Shown in pieces: positions 10,040-17,947 of a stretch of 51,436 bases of DNA. The notes beneath the pieces are model-generated. The model was not told where the DNA came from. It ran no database searches and saw only the letters and a program-made list of their open reading frames with translations. Each line of letters opens with the position of its first letter. Within the stretch, counting starts at the first letter, position 1. The position numbers and the translations under genes were made by a program. Source of the DNA: Thermoplasmatales archaeon (GTDB lineage Archaea > Thermoplasmatota > E2 > UBA202 > JdFR-43); NCBI GenBank assembly GCA_011052825.1, contig DRIF01000082.1:1-51436 (forward strand), written 5' to 3'.

Positions 10040-10428
10040 TGAAAATTTTATATTTAAATATCTATGGTATCTATGATAGCAATGTAATTTTTATAAGCGT
10101 TTCAATAACTGCCCTTATAATCTATGCTTTAGAGTTAAACCATAACCTATGATTTCATCGGGTTTATTTAAAATTGTTTTTAAAAAACTACAAATAAAAA
10201 TATCTTTGAGTTCAATTTGTATATATCAAGACAACAAATGATTTTTGTTATATCAAGAGAAAAATGACTTTTAATGAATATTACGGAAGAAAGCGAATGG
10301 CATGAATGTATACTGACCAATCTGAGATGATGCATTCTAAAAAATCAATCATCAGATTAAGAAATATTAAAGTAAACATCTCTAGAACACATTCAAAAAT
10401 AAATTTAAATCAATATTGAATTAAATTT

Positions 10429-11397
10429 ATGGAAAAATGGAAAGTATACATTCAGTTAATGCGAATTTATGGAATTTTTATTGCCATGATGCCACTGCTT
10501 GGGGCTGTATCAAATGGAATTTTTCATGGATTTATTTTTCTTCTCATTGCTGGAATATGTTCAAATATTTTTGGGTTTGTTCAGAATGATTATTTTGATG
10601 TAGAAATAGACAGGCAATCAGGATATGTTTCAAATCGTCCACTTGCAATCGGATTGATTTCTGAGAAGGAGGCAATAGTTTTTATGGCAATTCTTTTAGT
10701 AATTCCTTTTATAATAACCATTTTTTTATTCTCCACCTACGCACTTCTTTTTTTAATGCTCTATTTCTTTTTCTACACAGTTTACAACAGATATAGCAAA
10801 AAGTTTGCATTCATGGAATATTCTCTTGGACTCGCTGGAACAATGATTTTTCTTTATGGTGCCTTTTCATTTAAAGAGGAAATTTCAATTTACTGCTTTT
10901 TAATTTCTTTATTACCAATCTTAAAATATGCTTTCAATGTTGGTGTGTCTGCGAATCTAAAGGATATTGAATATGATTTGAGGCAAGAGGTGAGAACAAC
11001 TCCCTCCTTATTTAATATAAATTTGGAAAAACTTTCCATACCAAAAAGTTTTATTTTATATGGTTATTCCCTCAAGATAATTTATGTTATAATTGCTTTT
11101 TTTGCATTATATGTAACGCAGATGGAAGCTTACTTCTCTTTCCTTCTTTTAATAGTAAATTCACTCTTTCTTTTTTATACAATTAAAAAAATTTTTGATA
11201 ATTTTGGAAATAGGAGGAAAATGCTTTTTTATGCAGAAATTCATGAAATACTATCCTATACATTAATGGTATCAATCCTTTATGACTATGTTGCAATAAA
11301 ATACTCTCCTCTTTTTTCATTTTCGCTCTTAATCCTGCCTCCGCTCTGGATAATATTATCTCTCAAAATTTTATTTGGTGGGAAACCTCTGGAATAG
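10429..11397 (+). CDS. UbiA-family prenyltransferase (polytopic membrane protein)
   Basis: NDYFDVEIDR (NxxxDxxxD) and a second Asp-rich motif KDIEYD. Multiple hydrophobic helices. Confidence 0.7.
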   Translation: MEKWKVYIQLMRIYGIFIAMMPLLGAVSNGIFHGFIFLLIAGICSNIFGFVQNDYFDVEIDRQSGYVSNRPLAIGLISEKEAIVFMAILLVIPFIITIFLFSTYALLFLMLYFFFYTVYNRYSKKFAFMEYSLGLAGTMIFLYGAFSFKEEISIYCFLISLLPILKYAFNVGVSANLKDIEYDLRQEVRTTPSLFNINLEKLSIPKSFILYGYSLKIIYVIIAFFALYVTQMEAYFSFLLLIVNSLFLFYTIKKIFDNFGNRRKMLFYAEIHEILSYTLMVSILYDYVAIKYSPLFSFSLLILPPLWIILSLKILFGGKPLE

Positions 11398-12451
11398 GAT
11401 ATGTTTTTCCTTTCCATTCAATTTTATTTGTGAAAATAGATGAAATTAGGTTATAGGAAATGGTGAAAGATGCTATGGGTCTCAAAAATACATGGTATAA
11501 AGGAGATAAAAATTTCTCCTTTGGATATTCCATCAATTTAACGAATGTACTGTATTCCTGATAACCCCTAAAAAAATCAAATAATAGAGGAGAGATAAGT
11601 AAGAATCCTATTAATGGGTGTATGAAAATAAAAAATATGCCTATTACATTTGAAATTCTCATCCCAAGATTGAAAAATAAGGCAATTCGCCATAAAGATG
11701 GAAAATATCTTCTTATCCATGCAAATTCCCTATTCATCCATTTTAAAACCTTTTTTTCTTCTCTTGATTCTGAAATTGCTTCTGGGACAAATTTTATTTC
11801 AATTCCATTTTCTTTCAGAACTTTTGTCAAAGTTAAATCATCTACCCAATTTTTTTTCCATATTTCTCTAACATTCAGTTTTTCAAAAATTTCTCTTCTT
11901 ATTGCAGTTGAACCTCCCCAGGCAAAATTAAACCTTTTATAAAAGAGAACAGAAGCTACTGATGCATTCCATACGCATAAGAAAGGTTTTTTGAAATACC
12001 ATCTGTACGTTGTTGAAACATTTTTAAGAGAGGATACTAAATATTTAAGCCATTTTGGATGTGGTTCTATATCATCATCTGCAAATACAAAAATCTCTCC
12101 TTTTGCTTTTTCTATTCCCGCAAGGAGTGCGGAATTTTTGCCACTACATCCCTCATAATTTTTTGAAATTTCAACAATTGTTTTCTTCCCTTTTAAATTT
12201 TCAATTTTATTTTTTTCCTCTATGTTATCAACAACAACTATAATTTCATAGTTCTTGTATTCCTGTTCCTCAAAATTTTTTAAGTTTATTTCTCCCTTGG
12301 AAGGTATTATTATGCTAACCATTTCCTTTCCATTAAGGGAGGGTTTTTTTCTGTACTTTCTTTTGATAAAAAACCATGAAACTATAGATATAATGCCTCC
12401 AGCAAAGTTAAGCATGCCTATTAAAAGAAAAATTAAGTTAAGTTGCTCCAC
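11363..12451 (-). CDS. Membrane-bound family 2 glycosyltransferase
   Basis: VSIIIPSKGE, VVVDN and FADDD motifs between an N-terminal TM helix and C-terminal TM helices. Confidence 0.7.
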   Translation of the reverse strand: MEQLNLIFLLIGMLNFAGGIISIVSWFFIKRKYRKKPSLNGKEMVSIIIPSKGEINLKNFEEQEYKNYEIIVVVDNIEEKNKIENLKGKKTIVEISKNYEGCSGKNSALLAGIEKAKGEIFVFADDDIEPHPKWLKYLVSSLKNVSTTYRWYFKKPFLCVWNASVASVLFYKRFNFAWGGSTAIRREIFEKLNVREIWKKNWVDDLTLTKVLKENGIEIKFVPEAISESREEKKVLKWMNREFAWIRRYFPSLWRIALFFNLGMRISNVIGIFFIFIHPLIGFLLISPLLFDFFRGYQEYSTFVKLMEYPKEKFLSPLYHVFLRPIASFTISYNLISSIFTNKIEWKGKTYPIPEVSHQIKF

Positions 12452-12599
12452 AAATGTATTATTAAATTTTTATTTAAGTTTTTTCAAAAAAGATTTAATT
12501 GTATAGTTATGCACGTTCATATTTCATGAACAAATTGTTTATGGGATGAAAACATGAAGAGAGCGTTGCATTTTTCATATAAGTAAAAGTTGGAATGTG

Positions 12600-12793
12600 T
12601 TGGAGATAAAAATTGAGAGTTGGTGTGTGAGAAAGGTTGTAAAGGAGGCAGGAAAATCCATTGGGCTTGATTGGATTCATCCACATAGTTTATTTATGCA
12701 ACTAATTTACTTCGCAATGGTGTAAATATTAGAGTTGTTCAGAAAATATTGGAGCATACAGATATAAAAACAGCAGCAAGGTATTTACAATAA
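12600..12793 (+). pseudogene. Tyrosine recombinase (phage-type integrase) C-terminal remnant, frameshifted
   Basis: Hand translation gives ...VRKVVKEAGKSIGLDWIHPHSL, then after a frame change YATNLLRNGVNIRVVQKILEHTDIKTAARYLQ*. This matches the conserved ...H-x-L-R-H...LLGH...T-x-x-Y tail, but the RH box is lost. Confidence 0.6.
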
Positions 12794-12914
12794 TTGATAA
12801 TGATTTGCAAATTGCCATAGAGAATTTTGAAGATCCATTTTTGCTTAAGAAGGGATTGCAAAGATCCTTAAAACATTTAAATACCCTATGCAAACCTCTA
12901 TCTATAAAAATTTA

Positions 12915-12987
12915 TGGGCCCGCCGAGATTTGAACTCGGGTTACCAGCACCCCAAGCTGGAAGGATGCCAAGCTACCCCACGGGCCC
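12915..12987 (-). tRNA. tRNA-Pro (anticodon GGG), 73 nt, no intron, no encoded CCA
   Basis: Reverse complement is GGGCCCGUGGGGUAGCUUGGCAUCCUUCCAGCUUGGGGUGCUGGUAACCCGAGUUCAAAUCUCGGCGGGCCCA. Acceptor GGGCCCG/CGGGCCC, anticodon stem CCAGC/GCUGG, loop UUGGGGU, T arm CCGAG-UUCAAAU-CUCGG. Confidence 0.9.
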
Positions 12988-13007
12988 TCCTCCAAAATAC
13001 GCCAAAA

Positions 13008-13023
13008 TTAAATAAAAGCTTTT
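13008..13023 (-). promoter_or_regulatory. BRE/TATA-like promoter of tRNA-Pro
   Basis: The minus strand reads AAAGCTTTTATTTAA, centred about 25 nt upstream of tRNA position 1 (12987). Confidence 0.45.
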
Positions 13024-13040
13024 TGCTAAAATATAAAATA

Positions 13041-13155
13041 TGGGCTCGGGGAGATTTTCAAGCAACTTGGAAACGCAACTTGCTTGCAAGTTGCAGTTCG
13101 AACTCCCGATCTTCGCCTCGTCAAGGCGACATCATAACCCCTAGACCACGAGCCC
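13041..13155 (-). tRNA. tRNA-Val (anticodon GAC) with a 42-nt intron in the T-loop (about 13055-13096)
   Basis: The reverse complement gives a complete cloverleaf once CUGCAACUUGCAAGCAAGUUGCGUUUCCAAGUUGCUUGAAAA is removed. Acceptor GGGCUCG/CGAGCCC, anticodon arm UCGCC-UUGACGA-GGCGA, T arm GGGAG-UUCGAA|U-CUCCC. Confidence 0.85.
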
Positions 13156-13247
13156 ATTTTGTAAAATGTATATATTTTGCCATATATATGATTTTCATTC
13201 CTTTCTTTGGTATTTTCTGCGTCATTTTTTCAAATAGAATTTCTCTT

Positions 13248-14234
13248 TCACAAAATCTGGTCAAATTCATAGTTTTCCCATTTTCTTTCTTCGAATAAAA
13301 TTTCAAGTTCAATTGGAGTTAAAATTGGCTTTTTGTATCTTTCTGCATCATCTATTGCAACTCTGGGACATGCTGTAGAAACATAGCAGTCGAAATCAAG
13401 ATAGTTTATTCTCTCATCTATCTCATTTAAAATTATCAAATATGCTTTTTTTCCTTTAATTTTTATAAATTCTCTCAATTTTTTCGCAAGACGCAACCTT
13501 TTTTGCCCTACCTTTTGCGTCGCTATAACACCAAATTTTTCCGCTTCCATTGCCTTTGCTATGTTAGCATATCTCTGCCTTGCTATTTTTTCAGCAATTT
13601 TTTTTATTTCATCAGCATAAACTCTTCTATCAATTGGATTTGCACAAACAACTCTTTTTTTTGTTGCCATATAAAGTCCAACAGGATGAAAAAAACCATC
13701 TCCAATGAACAGAAATTCATCAGTTTTATCTGCTATTGATGTTGCAGGTGAAAAATCACATCCAAGTATCTGTCCATCATATGCTGTTCTCCTCCCCCTT
13801 TTACCTATAAAAACTTTATATCCATTCTCTTCCAGAAATTTTTTGCAATCATTTATTTTATGTATGAAGGGAGAGATGCTTATAAGCCCTATTTTTTTTC
13901 CTTTAATAAACGGAAACGCATTTCTTAAAAACTCTTCATTGAAATTATATTTTGCTTCTATAAATGAAATTTTATTTCCATAAATTTTTTTGAGAAAAGG
14001 CATCTCTGTCTCTCCTATAAAAATTGTTTTTTCTATGTCCTCAGTATAAATAAAATCGCAAGCTCCATAACACGAATCTGCCATAAAAATTGCTTCCTTT
14101 CCATTCTCTTCAAGAAAATTTAACAGTTTGGTTGCATATGGCTTTAACCCATCTGGAAGTTTAATTGATACATTTTTTCCTTCCACTTCTTCCAGAAGTT
14201 TCTTTTCATCAATTTCATAATATTTTAACTTCAT
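13248..14234 (-). CDS. dph2: Diphthamide biosynthesis enzyme Dph2 (2-(3-amino-3-carboxypropyl)histidine synthase)
   Basis: MKLKYYEIDEKKLLEEV...IKLPDGLKPYA...MADSCYGACD and CPRVAIDD are typical of archaeal Dph2. ATG at 14234 (the ORF track starts at TTG 14252). Confidence 0.85.
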   Translation of the reverse strand: MKLKYYEIDEKKLLEEVEGKNVSIKLPDGLKPYATKLLNFLEENGKEAIFMADSCYGACDFIYTEDIEKTIFIGETEMPFLKKIYGNKISFIEAKYNFNEEFLRNAFPFIKGKKIGLISISPFIHKINDCKKFLEENGYKVFIGKRGRRTAYDGQILGCDFSPATSIADKTDEFLFIGDGFFHPVGLYMATKKRVVCANPIDRRVYADEIKKIAEKIARQRYANIAKAMEAEKFGVIATQKVGQKRLRLAKKLREFIKIKGKKAYLIILNEIDERINYLDFDCYVSTACPRVAIDDAERYKKPILTPIELEILFEERKWENYEFDQIL

Positions 14235-14757
14235 TGTCAACTTTAATATCAACTATGGTTTTTATCTCCTTTCTAATTTTATTTTCTATCACACTTTTAT
14301 TTCCCTTATTAACTGCGATAAATATTCCTTTTATTATTGCCCCAATTTCTTCCAGAGCTTCAACAACACTTATTAAGGTTCCTCCTGTACTCAAAACATC
14401 ATCAACTATAACAATTTCATCTCCTTTTTTTATCCCATTTATATATAAATTTCCCTTTCCATAACCAGTTTCCTGAAAAACTTCTTTCTCGCCTGGCAAT
14501 CCATATTTCCTTTTCCTTATTATGGTGAATGGAATTCCTGTTTTCAGGCAGAGGGCAGATGCTATTGGTATTCCCATTGCTTCCATTGTAACTATTCTAT
14601 CGCACTTTGGCATTTTTTTTGCAATTTCATCTGCAACTTCATTCAGCAAATCAGCTTCTATATAAGGAATTCCATCTGTAATTGGATGCACAACGTAATT
14701 GTATTCTCCTTTTTTAACAATGGGAGCATTTTTTAAAGATTCAGCAAGTTTTTTCAT
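14215..14757 (-). CDS. hpt: Archaeal-type purine (hypoxanthine/guanine) phosphoribosyltransferase
   Basis: PIVKKGEYNYVVHPITDGIP N-terminus and PRPP-binding loop IVIVDDVLSTGGT. 180 aa. Confidence 0.7.
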   Translation of the reverse strand: MKKLAESLKNAPIVKKGEYNYVVHPITDGIPYIEADLLNEVADEIAKKMPKCDRIVTMEAMGIPIASALCLKTGIPFTIIRKRKYGLPGEKEVFQETGYGKGNLYINGIKKGDEIVIVDDVLSTGGTLISVVEALEEIGAIIKGIFIAVNKGNKSVIENKIRKEIKTIVDIKVDNEVKIL

Positions 14758-15836
14758 TAGATCACCTTCCTCAAATCTGTAACGAATTTATCAATAATAT
14801 CTTTTCTGACATGCGGCATTAAAACAATTCTTATAATTTTATTTTCCTCATCTATTCCAACAAACCATTTCATATCCGCAAGTTTTTTGGCAACATCCAC
14901 CGCTTTATTTGATCTAATTGCAATTAAATTAAGTTCATAATCAAAATAATCTATCCCATTTTTGTCTAAAAGTATAGCAAGGTATTCTGTATTTTCCATG
15001 CACTCTTTTGCAATTTTTTCATATCCCTTATACCCCAGATAGTTCATCACAGCATATGCTGATGCCGCAGAAGCCCCAGGGCGCGTGCCAAGCAAACCCG
15101 CCTGAAATTTTGTGTGAGTGCATCTGCTTTTTACCTTTATTTCTTCAATCCATTCTTTGTTTCTGAGCAACAGAAAGCCACATGGAATGCATGCCATCCC
15201 CATTTTGTGTGCATCTATGCACAAACTGCTTATTTTTGCCCTGAAATCAAAAATTTTTTTGCTTACAAATGGAGCTATGAAACCACCGAAGGCAGCATCT
15301 ACATGCAGAAAAACATTTTCATCATTGCATATTTCTGCAATCTCTTCTATCTCATCAATATAGCCAAATGGAGTATTTCCAGCAATGGCAACAACACATG
15401 CAGTTTTACCCGAAATTTTTTTCCTTACATCTTTGCCTTTCATAAAGTATTTTGAATCAACAACATTCAATTTTAAATCAAGAATTGAAGATGCTTTCAT
15501 GAAAGAAAAATGCGCTTGCTTGGGGACTAAAACTTCTCTTTTCTTACCTAATTTTTTAAAAATCCAGAGTGCGGTTATGTTACTTTCTGTTCCACCGGAT
15601 GTGAGCAATCCAGCATAGCTAGGAGGAGCATGCATAAATTTTGCAACCCATTTTATTGCTTTATCCTCTATCCATTTAGTTCCTTTAAATAGTTCATAAT
15701 CTCCCAGATTTGTTTCAATAAACATTTCATATGCCTTTATTGCAATTTTATGAGGCATTGTGCACATTGAGCCAAGTATATTTTCAAAAGAAGCATCCAT
15801 TTTTTTGGCTTCTTCCAGTTCTTTTATAATGTCCAT
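14757..15836 (-). CDS. mfnA: PLP-dependent L-tyrosine/L-aspartate decarboxylase (MfnA type)
   Basis: Group II decarboxylase features: TSGGTESN, HVDAAFGG and the PLP lysine in DAHKMG. Confidence 0.8.
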   Translation of the reverse strand: MDIIKELEEAKKMDASFENILGSMCTMPHKIAIKAYEMFIETNLGDYELFKGTKWIEDKAIKWVAKFMHAPPSYAGLLTSGGTESNITALWIFKKLGKKREVLVPKQAHFSFMKASSILDLKLNVVDSKYFMKGKDVRKKISGKTACVVAIAGNTPFGYIDEIEEIAEICNDENVFLHVDAAFGGFIAPFVSKKIFDFRAKISSLCIDAHKMGMACIPCGFLLLRNKEWIEEIKVKSRCTHTKFQAGLLGTRPGASAASAYAVMNYLGYKGYEKIAKECMENTEYLAILLDKNGIDYFDYELNLIAIRSNKAVDVAKKLADMKWFVGIDEENKIIRIVLMPHVRKDIIDKFVTDLRKVI

Positions 15837-15878
15837 GAAAATTTATGAAAATTTGAATATAACATTTTGGTTTAAAGT

Positions 15879-16256
15879 TCAGTCAACTATTTTCAATTTT
15901 ACTTCATTTCCATTATAATCATATGCCTTCCATGTATCATCTTCATATGGATACGCAATTATAATGTGAATTCTCCCATGTTTTCTGAAAGTGAGCAAGT
16001 CTCCTTCTGATGGTTCAGCAACAGGTGAGGGATGGGAATGAACAGTCCCTACAATTCTTCTGTCGAAGGGAGCCATATAAATATCAAATGATGCATGCCT
16101 CCTTCCATATCTCATTCTTGGAAGCAGAATTAGCTCTGAAATTATATTCTCTCTATCTCCTAACCTTAAAAACGCCAGAAATTCTCTTGGATGCATATCT
16201 TTTGCTCCCTCTTCAATCATTTTAAGGCAATCTCTTTTTATCCCTTTTATTTCCAT
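15879..16256 (-). CDS. JAB1/MPN/Mov34 (JAMM) metalloprotease
   Basis: HSHPSPVAEPSEGD (HxHx7Sx2D) with an upstream Glu. 125 aa. Confidence 0.8.
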   Translation of the reverse strand: MEIKGIKRDCLKMIEEGAKDMHPREFLAFLRLGDRENIISELILLPRMRYGRRHASFDIYMAPFDRRIVGTVHSHPSPVAEPSEGDLLTFRKHGRIHIIIAYPYEDDTWKAYDYNGNEVKLKIVD

Positions 16257-16277
16257 TGTTGCTTTAACAAATATTCT

Positions 16278-17087
16278 TCATAAACTTTTTGGATATCTGA
16301 AGCTCAATTTTTTGTATACTTTGCTATAAAAATTATCCTTTATCTTTATGAATCTTGCCTTTTCTTCTGCTTCAAATATTTCAAGTTTCTGGCGGGGAGA
16401 GAAATCAAAAACGCTCATTCCATCTACTACAACTTTTGCAGGTTTTGCAACCTTTATCTTTAATTTTTTGACAGAGGGAATTACAACAGAGGATGCAATA
16501 TGGCGGAATGGTGCTATTGGTGCTATTATAAATATTTTTAATGTTGGATCTGCAATTGGCCCCCCAGCAGAGAGAGAATAGCTTGTTGAACCCATTGGAG
16601 TTGAAATTATAAGTCCGTCCCCACTAAATGATTGAGTTAACACATCATCAACATACAGTTTTATGGATAAAATCTTGCCAACGTTTGCAGTATGGATTGT
16701 GATTTCATTGGAGGCATCTGGCAAAGATTTTCTCCCAATTTTTCCTCCAATCTTAATTCTTTCCTCAATGTAATATTCTCTATTCAAAATCTTTTTTATG
16801 GATTCCTCAGCTTCCTTAGCTTCAACTTCAGTGAGAAACCCTATCCTACCTGTATTTATTGGAAAAACGGGTTTTGAGGTATGTTGTAAAGTCATTAAAA
16901 TAGTTCCATCTCCTCCAACAATCAAAATTTCATCTGCTTTCTTTCCTATTTCTTCAATTGAATAACCCCTCTCCCCCATATATTCTGCTATTTTGTATTC
17001 AAGCATTGCATTTCCAATTAAATGATAAACTTTCCTTCCAACAGAAAATGAATATTTTGATGGTTTGCAAATCAACCCCCTTTTCAT
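16278..17087 (-). CDS. nadK: NAD kinase
   Basis: VGGDGT motif and GINTGRIGFL-like segment (PINTGRIGFLTE). ATGA overlap with the upstream IMPase-family gene. Confidence 0.85.
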   Translation of the reverse strand: MKRGLICKPSKYSFSVGRKVYHLIGNAMLEYKIAEYMGERGYSIEEIGKKADEILIVGGDGTILMTLQHTSKPVFPINTGRIGFLTEVEAKEAEESIKKILNREYYIEERIKIGGKIGRKSLPDASNEITIHTANVGKILSIKLYVDDVLTQSFSGDGLIISTPMGSTSYSLSAGGPIADPTLKIFIIAPIAPFRHIASSVVIPSVKKLKIKVAKPAKVVVDGMSVFDFSPRQKLEIFEAEEKARFIKIKDNFYSKVYKKLSFRYPKSL

Positions 17088-17836
17088 AACAACTCCTCCA
17101 TAATTTTTCTGCTGGCAACAGCCAGAATACTACTTCTAAATTTCAGATTGAGAGGGCCATTCAAAACTTCTCCATTTGCGTTATATACTTCTCCCCCCGC
17201 CTCCCTAACTATCAGAGAACTTGCAGAAAAATCTGTAACCCTGAGAGTTTCCTGAGGCATATAATATGCGTGAACTGCACCACTTGCCACCAAGCACATT
17301 TCTATGGCGGCGGCGCCCATCGCCCTTATGCAGTTTGCATTCACCAGTTTCCATGTCTTTTTGTTTCCTGAATCCCCCAGAACAAGACAATATATTCTTT
17401 CAGAATAATCTTCATTTACTTTTATTTCTCTTCCATTCAGAAAAGCTCCCCCTCCTTTGAATCCTTCATATACGTCTCCAGTTGGTATATTTTTTACTAT
17501 TCCATATTCAACATCATCAATGCTGTTTTTCCCTATTGCAAGAGATATTCCATAAAATGGCAATCCATGAACAGCATTCCTTGTTCCATCTACTGGGTCA
17601 ATTATAAAAGTATAATCCTTGCCATTGTCAATATAACCAATTTCCTCTGATAGAATATTTGCCTTTTTTCCTATCACTTCAATTGCAACATCTTCTGCCA
17701 GTTTATCAACAAAAAGTGTTGGCGTTCCATCTGCACCCATTGAAATTTCTCTCCCAAATTTACTTTTCCTCTCTCTTCTTATTCTATTGTTTATTGCATT
17801 TACAACTTCCTTTGCCAAATCAATGAGTTCATCCAT
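17084..17836 (-). CDS. Inositol monophosphatase/FBPase family phosphatase (possible NADP phosphatase)
   Basis: SEE...IDPVDGTRN...GAAA motifs of the IMPase superfamily. Confidence 0.85.
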   Translation of the reverse strand: MDELIDLAKEVVNAINNRIRRERKSKFGREISMGADGTPTLFVDKLAEDVAIEVIGKKANILSEEIGYIDNGKDYTFIIDPVDGTRNAVHGLPFYGISLAIGKNSIDDVEYGIVKNIPTGDVYEGFKGGGAFLNGREIKVNEDYSERIYCLVLGDSGNKKTWKLVNANCIRAMGAAAIEMCLVASGAVHAYYMPQETLRVTDFSASSLIVREAGGEVYNANGEVLNGPLNLKFRSSILAVASRKIMEELL

Positions 17837-17947
17837 CTGTTTTTTGAATGTTTGAACATTTAAAACTATTTGGATTTTATTTAAAATGAAGCAATAGAAA
17901 AAGCAAACTCAAAGGATAGTTTTTTATACCCAACAAAATTTATTTTC

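Noticed and set aside
10221-10274. Imperfect tandem repeat atatatcaagacaacaaatgatttttg / ttatatcaagagaaaaatgacttttaa upstream of the UbiA gene
   Set aside because: Only two diverged copies occur in very AT-rich DNA, with no palindromic structure. This cannot be told apart from chance or low complexity by eye.
10300-10365. Possible C/D-box sRNA (UGAUGA-like and CUGA-like boxes around ctgaccaatctgagatgatgcattctaaaaaatcaatcatcagatt)
   Set aside because: On neither strand do a proper RUGAUGA C box and a CUGA D box occur in the right order and spacing with terminal pairing. The boxes are imperfect (AUGAUGC, UCAGA).
12600-12793. SSV-type split integrase (int(C) created by integration within the int gene)
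   Set aside because: In that mechanism the int fragment abuts the att/tRNA sequence at its broken end. Here the broken N-terminal end points away from the tRNA and the fragment is also frameshifted, so ordinary decay fits better.
12888-13312. ORFs 12888..13298 (+) and 13121..13312 (-)
   Set aside because: They overlap two well-folded tRNA genes and their promoters, and show no protein-like motifs.
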